The notes under the pieces were generated by a model, which had not been told where the DNA came from, ran no database searches, and was given only the letters and a program-made list of their open reading frames with translations. Shown here piece by piece: positions 36,922 through 50,858 of a stretch of 64,000 bases of DNA. This DNA is from Chara braunii (Eukaryota; Plantae; Charophyceae), in contig BFEA01000041.1 in NCBI GenBank assembly GCA_003427395.1, positions 4,533,545 to 4,597,544 of the forward strand. Reading direction: 5' to 3'. Numbering within the stretch: position 1 is the first letter of the stretch; the number at the start of each line of letters is the position of its first letter. A program made the translations under genes and the position numbers.

Positions 36922-38655
36922 CTCACTTGGAACTGGTGATGCGGAAACCGAACAACGAGTTACGACGCTACTTCATCGCGCATGAATCTACCCATAGTTT
37001 AGCAGAAGATTCATTCGATTTTGCCGTCATTGTGGTGGAAGAGGCATGAGGCTATCCTCGAGGTTGAAGACTTACTTGAGCACGGTGCACTGTGCACTGC
37101 TTATCCCGTTTTGATGAAAGTAGCCTCCCTCTATCCTTCTGCATACAAGAGTGGAATACAAATGTATCTTCCTGTTTTCCACAGAAAAATGCATTCTGAT
37201 TTGCGCATCACTATCGATGGAAGTGGTTCCTCTAAACGGGCGCAACAACATTAGTATTATATTGTCCCCTAGTCCGGGCCCGTTAGTTGCGGTGTATCCT
37301 CGTATGATCTTACGGAGGCTGAAGCTTGTGTGAGTACAGGAAAATCAGATGAAGAGGGTGGAGAAGCTCGGGCAGTGAGGATACTTATCTCGAGCACCTG
37401 CGGATTATAATAGGTTGTGTATTACAGTAGCAGGTCGCGTTATATAACTCCAGATCTTGCTTGTATGGCGTTAAACAACGTTCTGATTGTCGCTAGCACT
37501 GTAATTTTCGGTTGTTGTTGATACCGAGTGTGTGAGGCAGTGTTAAACCATCGAGAAATTTGGCTGCTGTAACATCCTTTCGTGCACCATTTGCTATGAG
37601 TTTCGTTGTTTGCTTCAGCTGCGTCGTTGCTTGCAGATGGTTATGGTGCTACTACGGGTTGTTGCGCTTGCTGCACTTCAACCGTGCATAACAACACAGT
37701 TCACTATGTGTTATTGTGTCTCCAAATAGAACACGAATACACGCTCTATTTTGAACGGAGTATCGTTACAATTGCTGGTCGGGAGCAGGGCAGTAGACTT
37801 ACCCATTGGCCGATGTGGTACCCATCGTACCAAGCAGGGCAACTGCAGGCAGGTTGTGAGATGTAGACTTACTTACCATTTGATACCTTATTCATTATGT
37901 AGGCCGAAGCAGCAGCAGGGCTAGCCGTGAGACTACAAATTTAGTTATTGGTCGGTGGATTGTTCGTCCTACCAGACGAAATAATTAGAGGTGAATCATG
38001 AAGTCGTAAGTTCACGTATGGTTAACATACTTGAGAGTGTTCGATGCGAATAGGAGGGTCGTCAGGAGGTCCGCATTCGGTGGTTGACTTCGGTTTGATG
38101 AGGCTGTTGCGCACTTCGACCGCCACGGTGGGGCCTTCATGCGCATGAAGGTATCAAGGCCATCTCCTACGAGTTGAGTTTGTCCCTCTCCTGTATCTCG
38201 AGAGTTTGAAACCCCTCCTCATGCCCTTCTTACTCTAAGTCTAATCCTGTTCAGAGAGAAAGGCGGCAGGCGGGATTGCAACCTGTAGGACCGCAGCAAG
38301 ACTCTATGGGGAGTCTGCTCACCGATTGTGGGAGCTCTGTCGAAACTCGGGAGGAGTTCTGGAGGCAGGGAATTGTGAGGTAACTATTGTTTTTCCTCTA
38401 TAAACCCAGTTATAACCCCTATCTGTACTTCTTGTTATGGTTGACTGAGTATATTGTGTGCATCCCTGCTTTGACTCACAGTTTGACTTTTAGGACACAA
38501 ACCTGACTTAAGTAAAGAAATGTTTCTGCAAGCTCGGTTTCAATTTTTGTTTTTTGACTGAAAGCAAATTGTGAAAAGGGGTTGCATCTGGGGGAAAGGT
38601 GGGAGAAAGGTTGTATTGTCTGCGTTTGACTGGCTCAACCAAAAACCGGGAGAGT

Positions 38656-39317
38656 CTCCATAAGTTTGGAGGACCCAGTGCTATGTTTATTTTTGATTGT
38701 TTGGAGGACCAGAGAGGTTTCCATAAGATTGGATGGTCTGGTTGCTCTGATTTGTGGGGATGCTTGTGTTTGGCTTTTTCAGGGACCAAGCAGACTTCCA
38801 TAAGATTGGATGGCTTGGTTACCTTGTTTGCTTAAGTTTTCTAGTGTTTATTAGTTTCTTCTTGTTTTATTATGAAAGGAACTCAGACGAAGGACTTGGC
38901 AGGTTCCCATAAGATTGTGAGGTTTTGTCTGGAGCCACACACATGTTGGAACTGGAAGGATAAATTTGTTTAAACTTTTATATTACTTTACTTACAAACA
39001 GGCTAGTCAGACATGTTTTCATAAGATTGGATGGTATGACTATAACTTATCACAAACTGAAGAGAGTATGAATTAGAAGTAAATTTGTGGTAAGAAGGGG
39101 CAGGCTGAACTTTGATCTAAGTTAAACGGTTCAGTCATATGTTACCTTGAAAAACTAAGTGCAGACAATTATATATAACTTGGATACTTTAAACAGTTCA
39201 GGGCGACTAGGCTGGACAACCTAGTCGTATGCCCAAGAAAGAGAAAAGTTGTAGTGCCCTGTGTTTGTGTATATCCAATGGCTGAGCTAGACATGTTTCC
39301 ATAAGATTGGATGGTCT
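38656..39317 (+). repeat. Six dispersed copies of an ~18-bp motif
   Basis: TTCCATAAGATTGGATGG-like motif at ~38656, 38719, 38796, 38905, 39017 and 39297. Confidence 0.8.
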
Positions 39318-42300
39318 AGCTTTACGCCTTATGTAAGCTGGGTAGAAGGGATAAATCATTAAAAGACTACGAACTATTGTTTGACAAGGTTCATTTTGGG
39401 GTTGGTGAGAGTACTTACCATTATGGTTTGACCTTGCATGTGGCTGAGTAAGATCACTACTCAGTCTAAGTTTCAGTTTGACAGGTAGTCGCCTTAGATG
39501 CTCACCACATGCTAGAGCTATAGGAGTTAGTTCAATTCTTGCATTTTCTGAGGTTTTTTTTTTTTTTTACTTAGGTCAATTTTCGCATTTTCTTGGACCA
39601 TTTGTCATAATTAAAATCTTGGTAAGCTACTTTCTCTACGGGAAGGGCAGCAAAAATTTCTACAAAACCAAGGAGTTAGTCAAATTTTGACTTTTCAAAG
39701 TTAAACTTGTCTAAATTTTATATGACTTATTAAAAATGTGGAAAGTCTTCATTTCTAAAGGTAATGCTGCCCAATTTTTTACTAATTCAGAGAGTTAAAA
39801 AAAAATTGACCTTCGAGAGTTAAAGATTATTTCAGTTTTCATATTTAAGTTTTTATAAATTCGGAAAAAATATTTTTCCTACAGGAAGCGTTGCCGAAAT
39901 TTTCTTAGTTTAAAGGAAATAGATTATATTTTGACAGGTGACGATTTTGACAATCCACTCTGTATGGGGGAGACTTTGTCATAAATCTACCTTGCTTTGG
40001 GCACTGACTTAGAGAGAGACTTAGACTTAGTTTGCATGAAGATCTTCAGTGAGAATGTGCTATGGAGACTCATTCCCCATACACTGATAGTCTAGTTCTG
40101 GGAATTTGTCTGTTTTCTGTTACAGGTCCTCTTGATTGATTCGGTTTAAGATTTGGGCTAGCTTCAGCTTGATCCCACGAGGATCATCTTCTATTATCAT
40201 TGATAACATTTCGGTTGCCGATTCGTCAGTTTACGATTCAACTCCAATTCATTTTTGTCACTCAACCTAAAGGCTTTAGCTATGTGGTTTGAATTGTTTC
40301 GTTGTGTTTTTACCCAGACTTTATTGAATGATCATTTAACAAAGGTACTAAGTACTTTATTGTTGGAAGGGTGTGTTAAGGTTGAGGTTTGTGTGACTAA
40401 AGCAAGGGGTATGAGCGCGGAGAATGGTTGAAGTTGACTCCGTGTACTGCGTGGACTTTTATTGAATCTTCGATGTGATTGCAGATATGGTTTGTGGTTC
40501 GGATTTTGGATTTGATTGTCTGCGATCACATACATATATATGGCTGAGAGGGGTCCCACTGTGATTGTGAGAAGTGATCGTCACATATTTATGACCCTTA
40601 TTTATATATATACATATATATGTCATGATTGTTTGCGCGGCCTATCATGAGCGTGCGTAGAGGTTAAACATATTATTGCTTTGAGTAAAAAGGGAGATCC
40701 CTTTTATTTTTCAGTTTTTTAGAGTTTTTATAGTTGGATGTTGTAGTCCGTGGGAACCGTCAAAGTCAAACCTCTTGAGTTATCTCTAAACTCTGGATGA
40801 TGGAGCTGGTTTCCATGGCAATAAGAGACGACTGTCACCACAAGTTTGAAATTGTGTACCACTCACTCTCCGCAGGCTGCAAAAGAGGGTGTGGTTCTCA
40901 ACCGCACTTGGCGGTTGTCCAGAGTCAAGATATTAAGCCCTCAAGGCGTGTGTAAGCTGACACTTGAATATCGAATATGATCCTCGAGATTAATGAGGAC
41001 CGCATGAGTATGGGTACTATATAATACGTCATCACTGAGACCGCTTGCGTAAGCATGCATAGCTAGTCGATATAAGAAAGCCCTGCGTCTGCGCGGTTTT
41101 TATACTAAGTCCTCAAAGTTATAGTTTGCGCACTCGGGCGGGAGGGTCCCACCCTGCGAGGGACCGATGCGCTCGACATCACCTACCACAAGACAAAGAC
41201 CTCAATGGGGACCACCAAAAGAGAACAGAGAGACCTATACGATGACTCAGAGGCAGAGAGTGAGGAGAGTGATACAGAGATTTAGTCTTGGTACGGACTG
41301 AAACAGTGGCGATAAGACCACCCACGTGTAGGACCAGTAGAGTTAGTGGAAGATGGGCAAGAGGCCAGCTAGTTGGAGCGTGAGAACTAAAGACGTCGGG
41401 GCGGTTATGCTCGTGTGGGCTGTATTGTGACGGGCACCAGTGCGAGTGTGCAAGGCGGAATGTGTGAAAGAAAGTCAACACTATAGTGAAGTGTGTGCGT
41501 AAGGCACCCGAAAGATTGCGAGCTATGTCTAACGTCGACTTCATCTGGTTGGAGTAGAGGCTAGCAACGGATGTCCGTATTGTATACTAAGCTTAGTTTG
41601 CAATGATTGAGAGTGAGAAAGAAGCGAGAAGGCATGGACACCGTGGTTCATTGACATTTGCGGCCATTGTCGGCTGCAAATGAGTTCGTATTCAAACCGA
41701 CAGTACTATGGTTTACTTTTGATGAGTCGCTACCATCTTGGAGGGACAAGTGCGTATTTTGTGAGCGACAACGAGAAACAAGACTGAGGCGAAGGGAATG
41801 TTGTGTGGGTATCAACCCAGTTGACATCATCTCTATTGTTTGGTGTCATGCATGGAGGAATATAGTTCACGAGGCAGTTACGGATAGTGACAAGAGTAAC
41901 GAGTGGAGAGGGAATGTTTGTAGTCAGGTACTGATGACACACACACTAAAGACATACGTCAAGATCGTCGTAAGCTATCCGCAAGAGACGTGTGCACTTC
42001 CTACCGCTAAAGTCGTTTGCTTCAGAGCATGACTTTAGTCATTTATAGATAAACTTTGCGTAATGGTCACAACGTGGTAAAGGCGGGTTCGCAGTACAAG
42101 ATATTGGTGAGAGAGAGGGGTCTACAAAAGTCAAATTTCATAATCATGAAAACATTAGTTAATGAGATGATGACTAGCAAAGTAAACTGCTAATAAAAAA
42201 AATGTGTGGGAAAGTTTGAAGGATTGACATGCGAAATAATTACAAGAACGAGAGATCTGGCAGAGAAAGAGATGAACCAGAGAACATACTGTGTGTGACA

Positions 42301-44402
42301 CAAACAGGGTTCTCTCCGTATAAGTCGTTTAAATGTCAGATGCGCTCCTTGTTAGGCGCTCTCCATCATGTTGGGCGTTACAAGTACTTGCTTCATTGCT
42401 GAGTGTAGTTTGACTGTTCAAAGTTATTTCAAGTGTATTTCTTGTGTCTTCTCCTATGTTGACTCCTAAGGCCGCTATTGAGGGAGGTTTTGTTTTTTCA
42501 TGGTGATCATCATTTGTTTTTATAAGCATAAGTGAGCTTATTAATCAATTGATTAAAGAGGTAGTAATATTCATTGCCCCTTAGCACGGACGTTTGTTGT
42601 CCGATTTGGGGAGGGGCGAGACTGCATCTTGAAGCGGAAAGTTGAGGAGTTTGATTAGGGAGGAGGGATAAAAGATGAGTACGATTCAAACGATTGCGAC
42701 AGTCCTAGGAAAACTAAAGTTTTTTATTAAGGCTCAAATAAGATGAGGTTTTGATAATGCCTTCATCTTACCCTTATTTAGGATCTCTACTCTACTCACT
42801 CTCATGTGACGACGCATATATGAGATTTGATTGGTGCATTATAGAATAATGTCAAGCTTCGCTTAGACTTGGGTTAGTAAAAGGCTAAATAACTGCTCTC
42901 AGTCAATTAAAGACAGACTTAATAATGTACTATGAATCTTATGACTAATTGTGTGGGTTTCAACAGTCGACTAATGGGGTAAATGGTGATTGAGTCCCGT
43001 AACCTGTCGAAGTTCGAACGTAATTATGAGTTTTGTTCTCTGTCGCTACTAGAAGATGCTCCGCCCTTTCTGACTATGGATAAGTGGTGAACTGCGGTAA
43101 AAAAAAAAAACATTTAAGGAAAATAATTTACCTGATCGTTAAATGTTTACTTGACGGGGACTAATACTAGCAGAGGTCAACAAGTCTAAACAATGTGGCC
43201 AACTGAGTGCTATCAGATGCTTATAGGCTGACTCACCAAGCGAAACAAAACTCGGGAAAGCTCCTCTCGTGACATTGAGTGGATTCAAATTTCGCTTTAA
43301 TTATTTTATTTGAAAAATCGCCTAGCCGCTCAGTGCAAAAATACCAATTGCATTTCCAAACACTTTGAAGTTGTAGGAAAATGCAGTTGCGCTAGTCGTA
43401 ATGATACCCTTATGACCCCGTAATATTGCTCGATCATTCTCAGATGTAGAGTGAGTACATAAATTACTTCTGTAATCTCAGTTTATCGTGGTTGTATCCT
43501 TACTAACTGAGGGTCAATTTCATGTGTACTCAAGACTTTCCTAATACTATAGGATGTGCTTTGTAGTACAAAAATATATTATAAATACATCCCTGACATT
43601 CACCAATATCGCGAGCATGTTTTGGTGTCCCAGAATGAATCTGCAGAGTAGTGTTTGACTTTCGTAGATAACATGAGAAATTTCCTTCATTGAAGTACAT
43701 GCTTGCAGATGTCATCCCACTGACTCCCAGCGGGACCTTTGTGAATAGTCTATGAGGGACATATATGAAGTTCAAGGTTGTCTCATTCGAATTCTATTTT
43801 AAATTTTATCTATTTATATTTTAGTACGATCAGGCTTGTACTCAGATTCGTTAGGTTAAGCAAGATCAAAACACAGTGTCCAGGGAATGCTTCGTACTGA
43901 GTGTAGGTGCAACCTTACGAGTAAAGTTGTCATAACGGGCACATGTGCGCTCTCGGTGCTCATGGACATTGCATTTAGCACTGATAAGTTAGATACTCAG
44001 AATTACAACATTGAGCACGAATATACCTTGCATTTACGTTTATTAAACTGATTCCTGACGTGTTCTGTGCTTCAAACCACTGCATCTTAGTATGGGCTAG
44101 TTTTGAGTGATGAACTATTCGGCTGCACGATCTTCAACACCAGGGGTGTGGGCTATGTTTAGAGTATCCATTCCTTCGATTTTGTGTTGAACACAGAGTG
44201 CCTTGTTTGCTGCCACGAGACATACGAACAAATTTTATACCTAAGGTCTTTCGGGGAATATTTATTGAACGAGCTTCTGCTAAGGATTATATTCGATTTG
44301 GATCTTCGATTTCTAAAAGGTGACATATGTCATATATATGAATCACTGTATTGGTCACCTTGATTGACTAGTAGAGGTAGTTTACTGCAAATATTTTATC
44401 TG

Positions 44403-44736
44403 TGTAGCATTGAGTTGTCACCGAACCTGAACGTTCGGGACCGAATGCGAACGAGAGTCAAAACCCTCCGAACACGAAACACAAAAAATAAAAAAAAAAC
44501 TTTTAAAAAAAATCTAAAAACACTATATGTTATGTAAAATAATAATACAAAAATGTTTGTCCGGGAGGTATGCTCAAATTTATTACCAAACTCGAGTTAA
44601 AAATAAAAAACCTAAATTTTTTTATTTTTTTATTTTTTTTAATATGTTAGGCCGAACACATTCGGGAGGCGTTCGGCCGAACACCTGAACATGTTCGGAC
44701 ATTCGAAAAAACTTCGAATATGTTCGGTGTGCTACA
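44403..44736. mobile_element. MITE-like element with subterminal CCGAAC/GTTCGG motifs
   Basis: Short TGTAGCA..TGCTACA ends, clustered ccgaac/gttcgg motifs near both ends and an AT-rich core. No TSD found. Confidence 0.5.
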
Positions 44737-46599
44737 AAGTATTTTAATTTATTTTATCTTAGTTGTCTACTTATATTCAGCGTTAATGCTCAGTAATACA
44801 AATATACTGTGCTCGAAAAAGGACGGAACCTAGCAACACATGCGTCAAATGTTAATGAGCTTTGTGCGGTCTCTGCAGCCGCCTAGCTAAGGAGCATGGT
44901 GGCAAGATTCCGCTATGAAGATTACAATAGTAATAGCATGCAGTTATTAACTTAACCTTCACCAGTAAACTTATGAACTTTCTGTGACAATAAAACAAAC
45001 AGCATCTCTTTCCTATCCTCGTCATGATAGACAAGAATATCATAGTAATGTCAAGTATTTTTTATCGCGACAGAGTAGAGGGTTGGGATGATAAAGTACT
45101 AGATGAAATAAAAAATTACAAGAAAATGTTAAGAGAGAGTGTTGTCTGAAGAGCAGAGAGCCATCACGAGTTCATTTAGTATTTTCTACATTCACGGGTC
45201 AAATAGAGAGTTACATAACACAACTTCATCTCTTAAAAATATGCAAAACGCTAGAGAAGCAATCCATACTCAATGAGCATAGGTCGACGCAATACACTTC
45301 TTGATTCTCATCAAAACACTTTTTAAGCGGAATACGTTTAACAATATGATGAACAACGGGTCTCAATTTATCCTTCCGCAACCAATATAATTTACAAGCA
45401 CCAGCTCATAGACATATAAGCATTAACCGATTCGAGAAGCTTCAAGGGACCTTCTTATAGACTAAGTCCGACTTTCCGGGTAATTATTTTCAATGTGAAT
45501 CTTTTCATATCTTTAAATCATAAGTCAGCAATCAGAATCATTCATTACCCTTCTATTCTCACATCAACATCAATCAGTGTTCTGATACTCAGATCAATTT
45601 CAATACTCATCACAATACACGAATATAATTCAACTGTCTCCTATCAATGAGTCATTTTTGACCAATCTCGACAAGATAATTCTCAGGGATGCTCTCCAGT
45701 ATCAATATGTCAATGCATTTGGTTTCAGACAAGAATATTTGTCAATTTTCGTTGTCCTCACCAAGTTTTCAGAATGTACCATTCATGACGTGAAGCTCTA
45801 TGTGAAGAAAAACAAGGAAACTCGTGAGTAATCTGATTAAATATGGGTCTCAACAACCATGTATCTAGAGAAGAGAGAGAAAAAGTTTGATGAAAGTGAC
45901 ACAAAGTTGATCTGTAGCTTCGGACCCAAACTCTAAACCGACTATCCCAGACCTCTAGTTCCTTTCCTTCTTACAGATGACTCTTGCTAGGGTGATCTAA
46001 TTGATTTGGCCAAGAGGTATATCTCACCTGCAGAAATTGACTACGAGGCAATGACAAAACCCTCAGAGTTTCGGCATCTCAGATGAGGGATTTTCTCCCA
46101 GCCATACCTTCCTACTTTATGAGTTGACTTTCGTATCTTCGGTCTAGGATGGACATAGTCGGAACTTAATGGTTTCGGTGACTCTATAAACCTAAACCAG
46201 AATCTCAGAAGGTACATAGTCATGGTTCGAAGCACAATCGAATGAGAGATTGAGGACGAAACTTGAGAGGGAGAGTGAGGATTTTTTATGACTGTTGGCC
46301 ATGTCTATTCATATGTACTTTCTGAGATTATTATGAGTTATCACCTTCCCTCATTTATCTTGTCTTCGCCTTGAGTCAATCTGCCCTAATTCGCTTGCAT
46401 TGATCTTGCTTGAGATTATGCCTTTTGGTGACCTTATCACACTTCTTAAATTCATAAATTGGCAAACTTGAAACATGCATGGCATAATTAAAATTTATAA
46501 TTATTATTTGCATAATCTTTGTTGTTTCGAATCATAATAAAACCAGAAGTGGCTTGATTGGAAAAAGTTCATTTTTTTGGGGTGAGCAAGGCATTCCCA

Positions 46600-47600
46600 G
46601 CCTTGGAGAAAAGTGCCTCGGAAGTACTAGTGGTGCAAACCAGGCACCTCATGTCCATGGAGGAGATTGACTGCCTAAGTATTTAATATCAAGTGAGTAC
46701 CCTTAGAATACCCACGATCCATCCCAACCCCCTTACTTGTCCTTACCTCCCTGCCCTACTTGAGGGCGATCCCAGGCTATTTTTTTGTCCAAACCATAAC
46801 CAATCTCCCTAGATTGCAGCCTAATACTGAATATCAACCCCAACAAGTACCCTTAGAAAACCCAGGATTCTGTCCCAACCCCCTTATTTGTCCTTACCTC
46901 CCTGCCCTACCTGAGGGTGACTCCGGGCTATCTTATAGACCAAACCATACCCAATCTCCCACCTCTCTCTTTCCCATCCTACCCTTCATTCTTCCTTTGA
47001 GCTCCATACTGGTCTGGCATTCTCTTGAAGGGCTTTGGGAGACAGAGCAAGGTGGGGAGGGAGCAAGGGCCTGGCATGGGGCAGTAGTTTGAGGAGGAAT
47101 CTCTACGATAGAAGGAACCAAGATGGAGTTTGTCGGCTGAAAGGGAACCTCAAAACACTGCAAAGGCAATGCTTGCATCTGGCTCTGTGTTTTTTTCACT
47201 GCTCCCGTACTGCATTGTTGTTCCGATCTAGCTCACAAATTGCCCTCTTATGGTCTATCCAGATTGCCTGGAACATCAAAATGACATTTTTTCGCTCTTC
47301 TGGTTCCTTATCTGCTTGTAGCTTGTTTCTGGTGCTTTTCAATGCCTTCAATGTATGGACTCTAACGGCTTCCACAATTCTAGCCTGGGCGTGCACAGAC
47401 CCAAAGGTATTCTGTTTCCTTTTGTAGGAGCATCCTCAATGTGACGAGCGTGAGTAGGCATGCCTTTCCCCATCTATAAACTATCTTTGCTGCATTTTGG
47501 GAAGTGTGGCTATGCCCTAAGAAGCATCTAAGGCATACCTGAATCATGCTGAATGCATCTTCCTGGATGCGCTTGACTCTGGAGATGACCACATTCAGTC
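46600..47600 (-). mobile_element. Possible 3' fragment of a LINE, containing a ~150-bp tandem duplication (46690-46960)
   Basis: Broken minus-strand frames (RWGKACLLTL..ARIVEAVRVH..ILMFQAIWI) loosely resemble the ORF2 C-termini at 1100-1400 and 31500-31750. The duplication is seen directly. Confidence 0.4.
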
Positions 47601-47795
47601 AAGGAAGTCCCGATGTGAGTATGCCCTAAAAGAGAAAGCATCTCCATAATGTCAGCAGATTCACATGCAAAATATCAGATATTTCTTCGCAATAATGTGG
47701 ACCTGGTGTTCTCTTATTCTATGATGATAGTGTCATGAGGGCCGTACCTGCACACAAACACATAGGTAGAGAGGGAGGGGCATATACGCACACAG

Positions 47796-47862
<67 letters not shown>

Positions 47863-48248
47863 NNNNNNNNNNNNNNNNNNNNNNNNNNNNNNNNNNNNNN
47901 NNNNNNNNNNNNNNNNNNNNNNNNNNNNNNNNNNNNNNNNNNNNNNNNNNNNNNNNNNNNNNNNNNNNNNNNNNNNNNNNNNNNNNNNNNNNNNNNNNNN
48001 NNNNNNNNNNNNNNNNNNNNNNNNNNNGGGGAGGAGGGGGGCGCAGGGATGTCACTTTTGGGAAAGCTCGAGATCTTATCCTTCGCTTTTGCTTTCTGCA
48101 AGGGAAGGTTGGGATAAGGGCAGAGACGGAGAGGGAGAAACTTGACAATGCGGTGACCAGCACCAGTTTTTCTCATTCCTTCTTACTTTGGGTTGGGATC
48201 TGTGTCCACTTATGGGCTGCAGATATGCGAAGTTGATGGATACTCTGA

Positions 48249-48733
48249 GGGCATACTCTACATTGTCTACACCAGGAAACTTTTTTGCAAATTTACAAAG
48301 TTTGTGACACTATTACAGTCACATGGTGCCCCATCAACCGCCAAAATATTTTTCTCATCACAGTTGTCAGCGCCCTGCCGATCCATGGCGGTCGGGAATT
48401 CGCAGTCACCTCTAGAGATGATCACACATGCTTTTTCCCTTTTTCCAATTTCCAAAGGCAAAAAGAAAGGAGCTGTTTTATGAAACGGACAGAAGATAAG
48501 GAAGGCAGGCGTAGGGAAGCAGAAAACCTCCCTCTCCCTGCCCGGCCAAGAAAATGAAAAAAGACAAGCACCAGTTGCTGTGTGACTATAAAATGAACTA
48601 TTGGTAGGACCCTGTGTCCTTGTCTCATCCCAGATGTGATGCCAGTGTGAGTTGCTTCAGGTGCAAATCCGTGAATTTGAGATCGCAAACTCCACAGATT
48701 TTACGAACTTGAGGTCCTAGTGTGAGTATGCCC
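48249..48733. mobile_element. PIF/Harbinger (Tourist)-like MITE
   Basis: TGA-gggcatactc(t)aca ... tgtgagtatgccc-TAA. An orphan right end is at 47614-47626. Confidence 0.65.
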
Positions 48734-48909
48734 TAATGCATGCAAAGCATGCTTTGCTGGAAAGAGGAGGCCTTGCCAGTCCTCTTTACTAGTGCCTACT
48801 GTGGCACTGTCCACATGTGACATCAGATCTCTCAATCATCTTTTTTCTTTCTTTCTTTCTTTCATGTTTTTTTTTTTTTTTTTAAATTATTATTATTATT
48901 ATTATTTTT

Positions 48910-49185
48910 AAGGCTAATTCTTTTAAGCCCAACCAATTCAATTACCTGTCAGATCTGGACAGGACGGCCTTTCAGGCCTTTTTTATTGTCATTATAGTAT
49001 TACGGGGAACCCCGTAGAGCTGCCTGCTCCTGCTCCTTTTCATTCGCCTTTTCTTTTTTCCTTTTTTTTGTAAAAAAAGGCTAATTCTTTTAATCCCAAC
49101 CAATTCAAGCACCTGTCAAATCTGGACCGGACACCTTTCAGGCCTTTTTTTATTTATCATTATAGTATTACGGGGAACCCCGTAG
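48910..49185 (+). repeat. ~165-bp tandem duplication of the SINE tail region
   Basis: aaggctaattcttttaa..ttatagtattacggggaaccccgtag occurs twice. Confidence 0.85.
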
Positions 49186-49475
49186 CAACCAGCCCGAGTT
49201 CAACGAGGAAACATGGGGGGCTGCAGGTGGGCGATACTGGCCAAGGGTCAGCCGGTAGCATCAGGACCGAATGGGCCAGTCGCTTTGCCTCCCCACCGGT
49301 CCCCTTCCCATTTGAACGTCAGCAGCCAGTGCTCAATGCCGCTCAGGGGGGAGCAACGGGCTATCTCTAGATGACGGGCGCCAAGCTTGCCCAGGAAGGT
49401 ATATGAGGCCAATGGGGATTGCACCCAAGACCTTCTGAATGCCACTTGCGTGCCTTACCAACTGAGCTAGGCCAC
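49080..49475 (-). mobile_element. tRNA-derived SINE, family 1
   Basis: Minus strand reads ggcctagctcagttggtaaggc..gtggcattcag.aggtcttgggt.caatccccattggcct plus the shared body. Confidence 0.85.
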
Positions 49476-49507
49476 ATGATCTTCTCATTCTCGTTTGCCT
49501 AATCTCA

Positions 49508-49918
49508 GGGCACGCTCACACTGGGTACCAAAACCATAAAACTCCCAAAAAAATGTGCACACGGCTGGTCACACACAATGGTTCCGACCCCAAACACCCC
49601 ATTCGCAAACCCATTTGTCAGCGGCCTGCCTGGCCGCGGGTTTGAGGAATTTGCGGTAACCTCCAGAGGTTACCGCAAAATCCTTATTCTTTTTTTTTTT
49701 AATCTTCGTAAATGAATGCAAAGTCGAAAAGGGAACATGTACGTTCTATATTTGGGGTTACTTCTGTGTGACTGGAAACCCCAAACAGCAGCACCCTGAT
49801 GGCACGAATGGGAACGCGGTGTGAACGCAGTGTGACCTGAAACGTCCCAAATACCCCAATTCGACCCAACCCATGTTCGCAGTTGATACGGATTTGCTAC
49901 CGCAGTGTGAGCGTGCCC
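49508..49918. mobile_element. PIF/Harbinger-like MITE with 16-bp perfect TIRs and a TCA TSD
   Basis: TCA-gggcacgctcacactg ... cagtgtgagcgtgccc-TCA. Confidence 0.88.
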
Positions 49919-50127
49919 TCAGAACATTGGAAACTGCAGTGCAAACCCTATCAGAACAAATCTGGCGGGCCAGCCGACCAGGTGCCTGGTATGTACCAGA
50001 ACGGAAAACGTCAAGGTACATTCTGACAGCAGTCGCAGGGGAACTTCTTTTTTTTTTTTTTTTCCCGCAAGGGTACTTTGAAACAGTACAACCTTTGCAG
50101 GTAAACTCTTTTCTTTTGGGCAAATAA

Positions 50128-50264
50128 GAGTACACTCACACTAGGCCCTCAAAATCACAAAATTGCAAAATGAGCGGCCAGATCAAGTCCTTCGTTTACA
50201 CGGACTCAATCTGGCCGCTCTATTTGTGATTTTGCGATTTGGAGGGCCTACTGTGAGTATGCCC
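50128..50264. mobile_element. Hairpin-shaped Harbinger-like MITE with a TAA TSD
   Basis: ~57-bp imperfect inverted arms: TAA-gagtacactcaca..gagcggccagat / atctggccgctc..tgtgagtatgccc-TAA. Confidence 0.85.
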
Positions 50265-50285
50265 TAAAATCCCCTTGTCATCCAG

Positions 50286-50640
50286 CGGCCTAGCTAAGTC
50301 GGTAAGGCAGGCAAGTGGCATTCAGGAGGTTTTGGGTTCAATCCCCATTGGCCTTATGTACCATCCTGGGCCTTGGCGCCCGCACCTAGAGATAGTCCGT
50401 TGGTCCCCCCAATTGACATTAAAAAGCAGTCTCTGCTGAAGTTCATAGGGGGAGGGGTAATCGGGGGGGGCACAGTGACTGGGCACTCAGATGATGCTCG
50501 GTCCCTCTGCTACCAGCTGTCCCCTGGCCGGTGTCCCCCATTGGGGGTTCCCTGCAGAGGCCACCCTGGGCTGAAAAGGCCACCCGGTGTCAGATTAGAC
50601 ACAAGATCAAATTTATTTACCTGGGCTGGTTAGTTCGCAG
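50286..50640 (+). mobile_element. tRNA-derived SINE, family 1
   Basis: Same head and body as the copies at 20152 and 49475. 3' end approximate. Confidence 0.8.
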
Positions 50641-50858
50641 CCCGTCAGGGTTGTGCTTTCCCCCCCTGAGAACATTTTTCGTCGTTGTTCGCTATACTGT
50701 CGTTGGAAGGCTGGGAAAACAAGGTATGGCAGTTTAGGGGGTGGCGGCATCTTATTTGAAACTGCAGGACCGGTAGCTGCCCCGTGGGACCGCACGGGTT
50801 TTGGTAAAAAAATCGAAACGGGGCCAAAGCAGCAGCGGGCGCACCCGTTGCCTCACAT

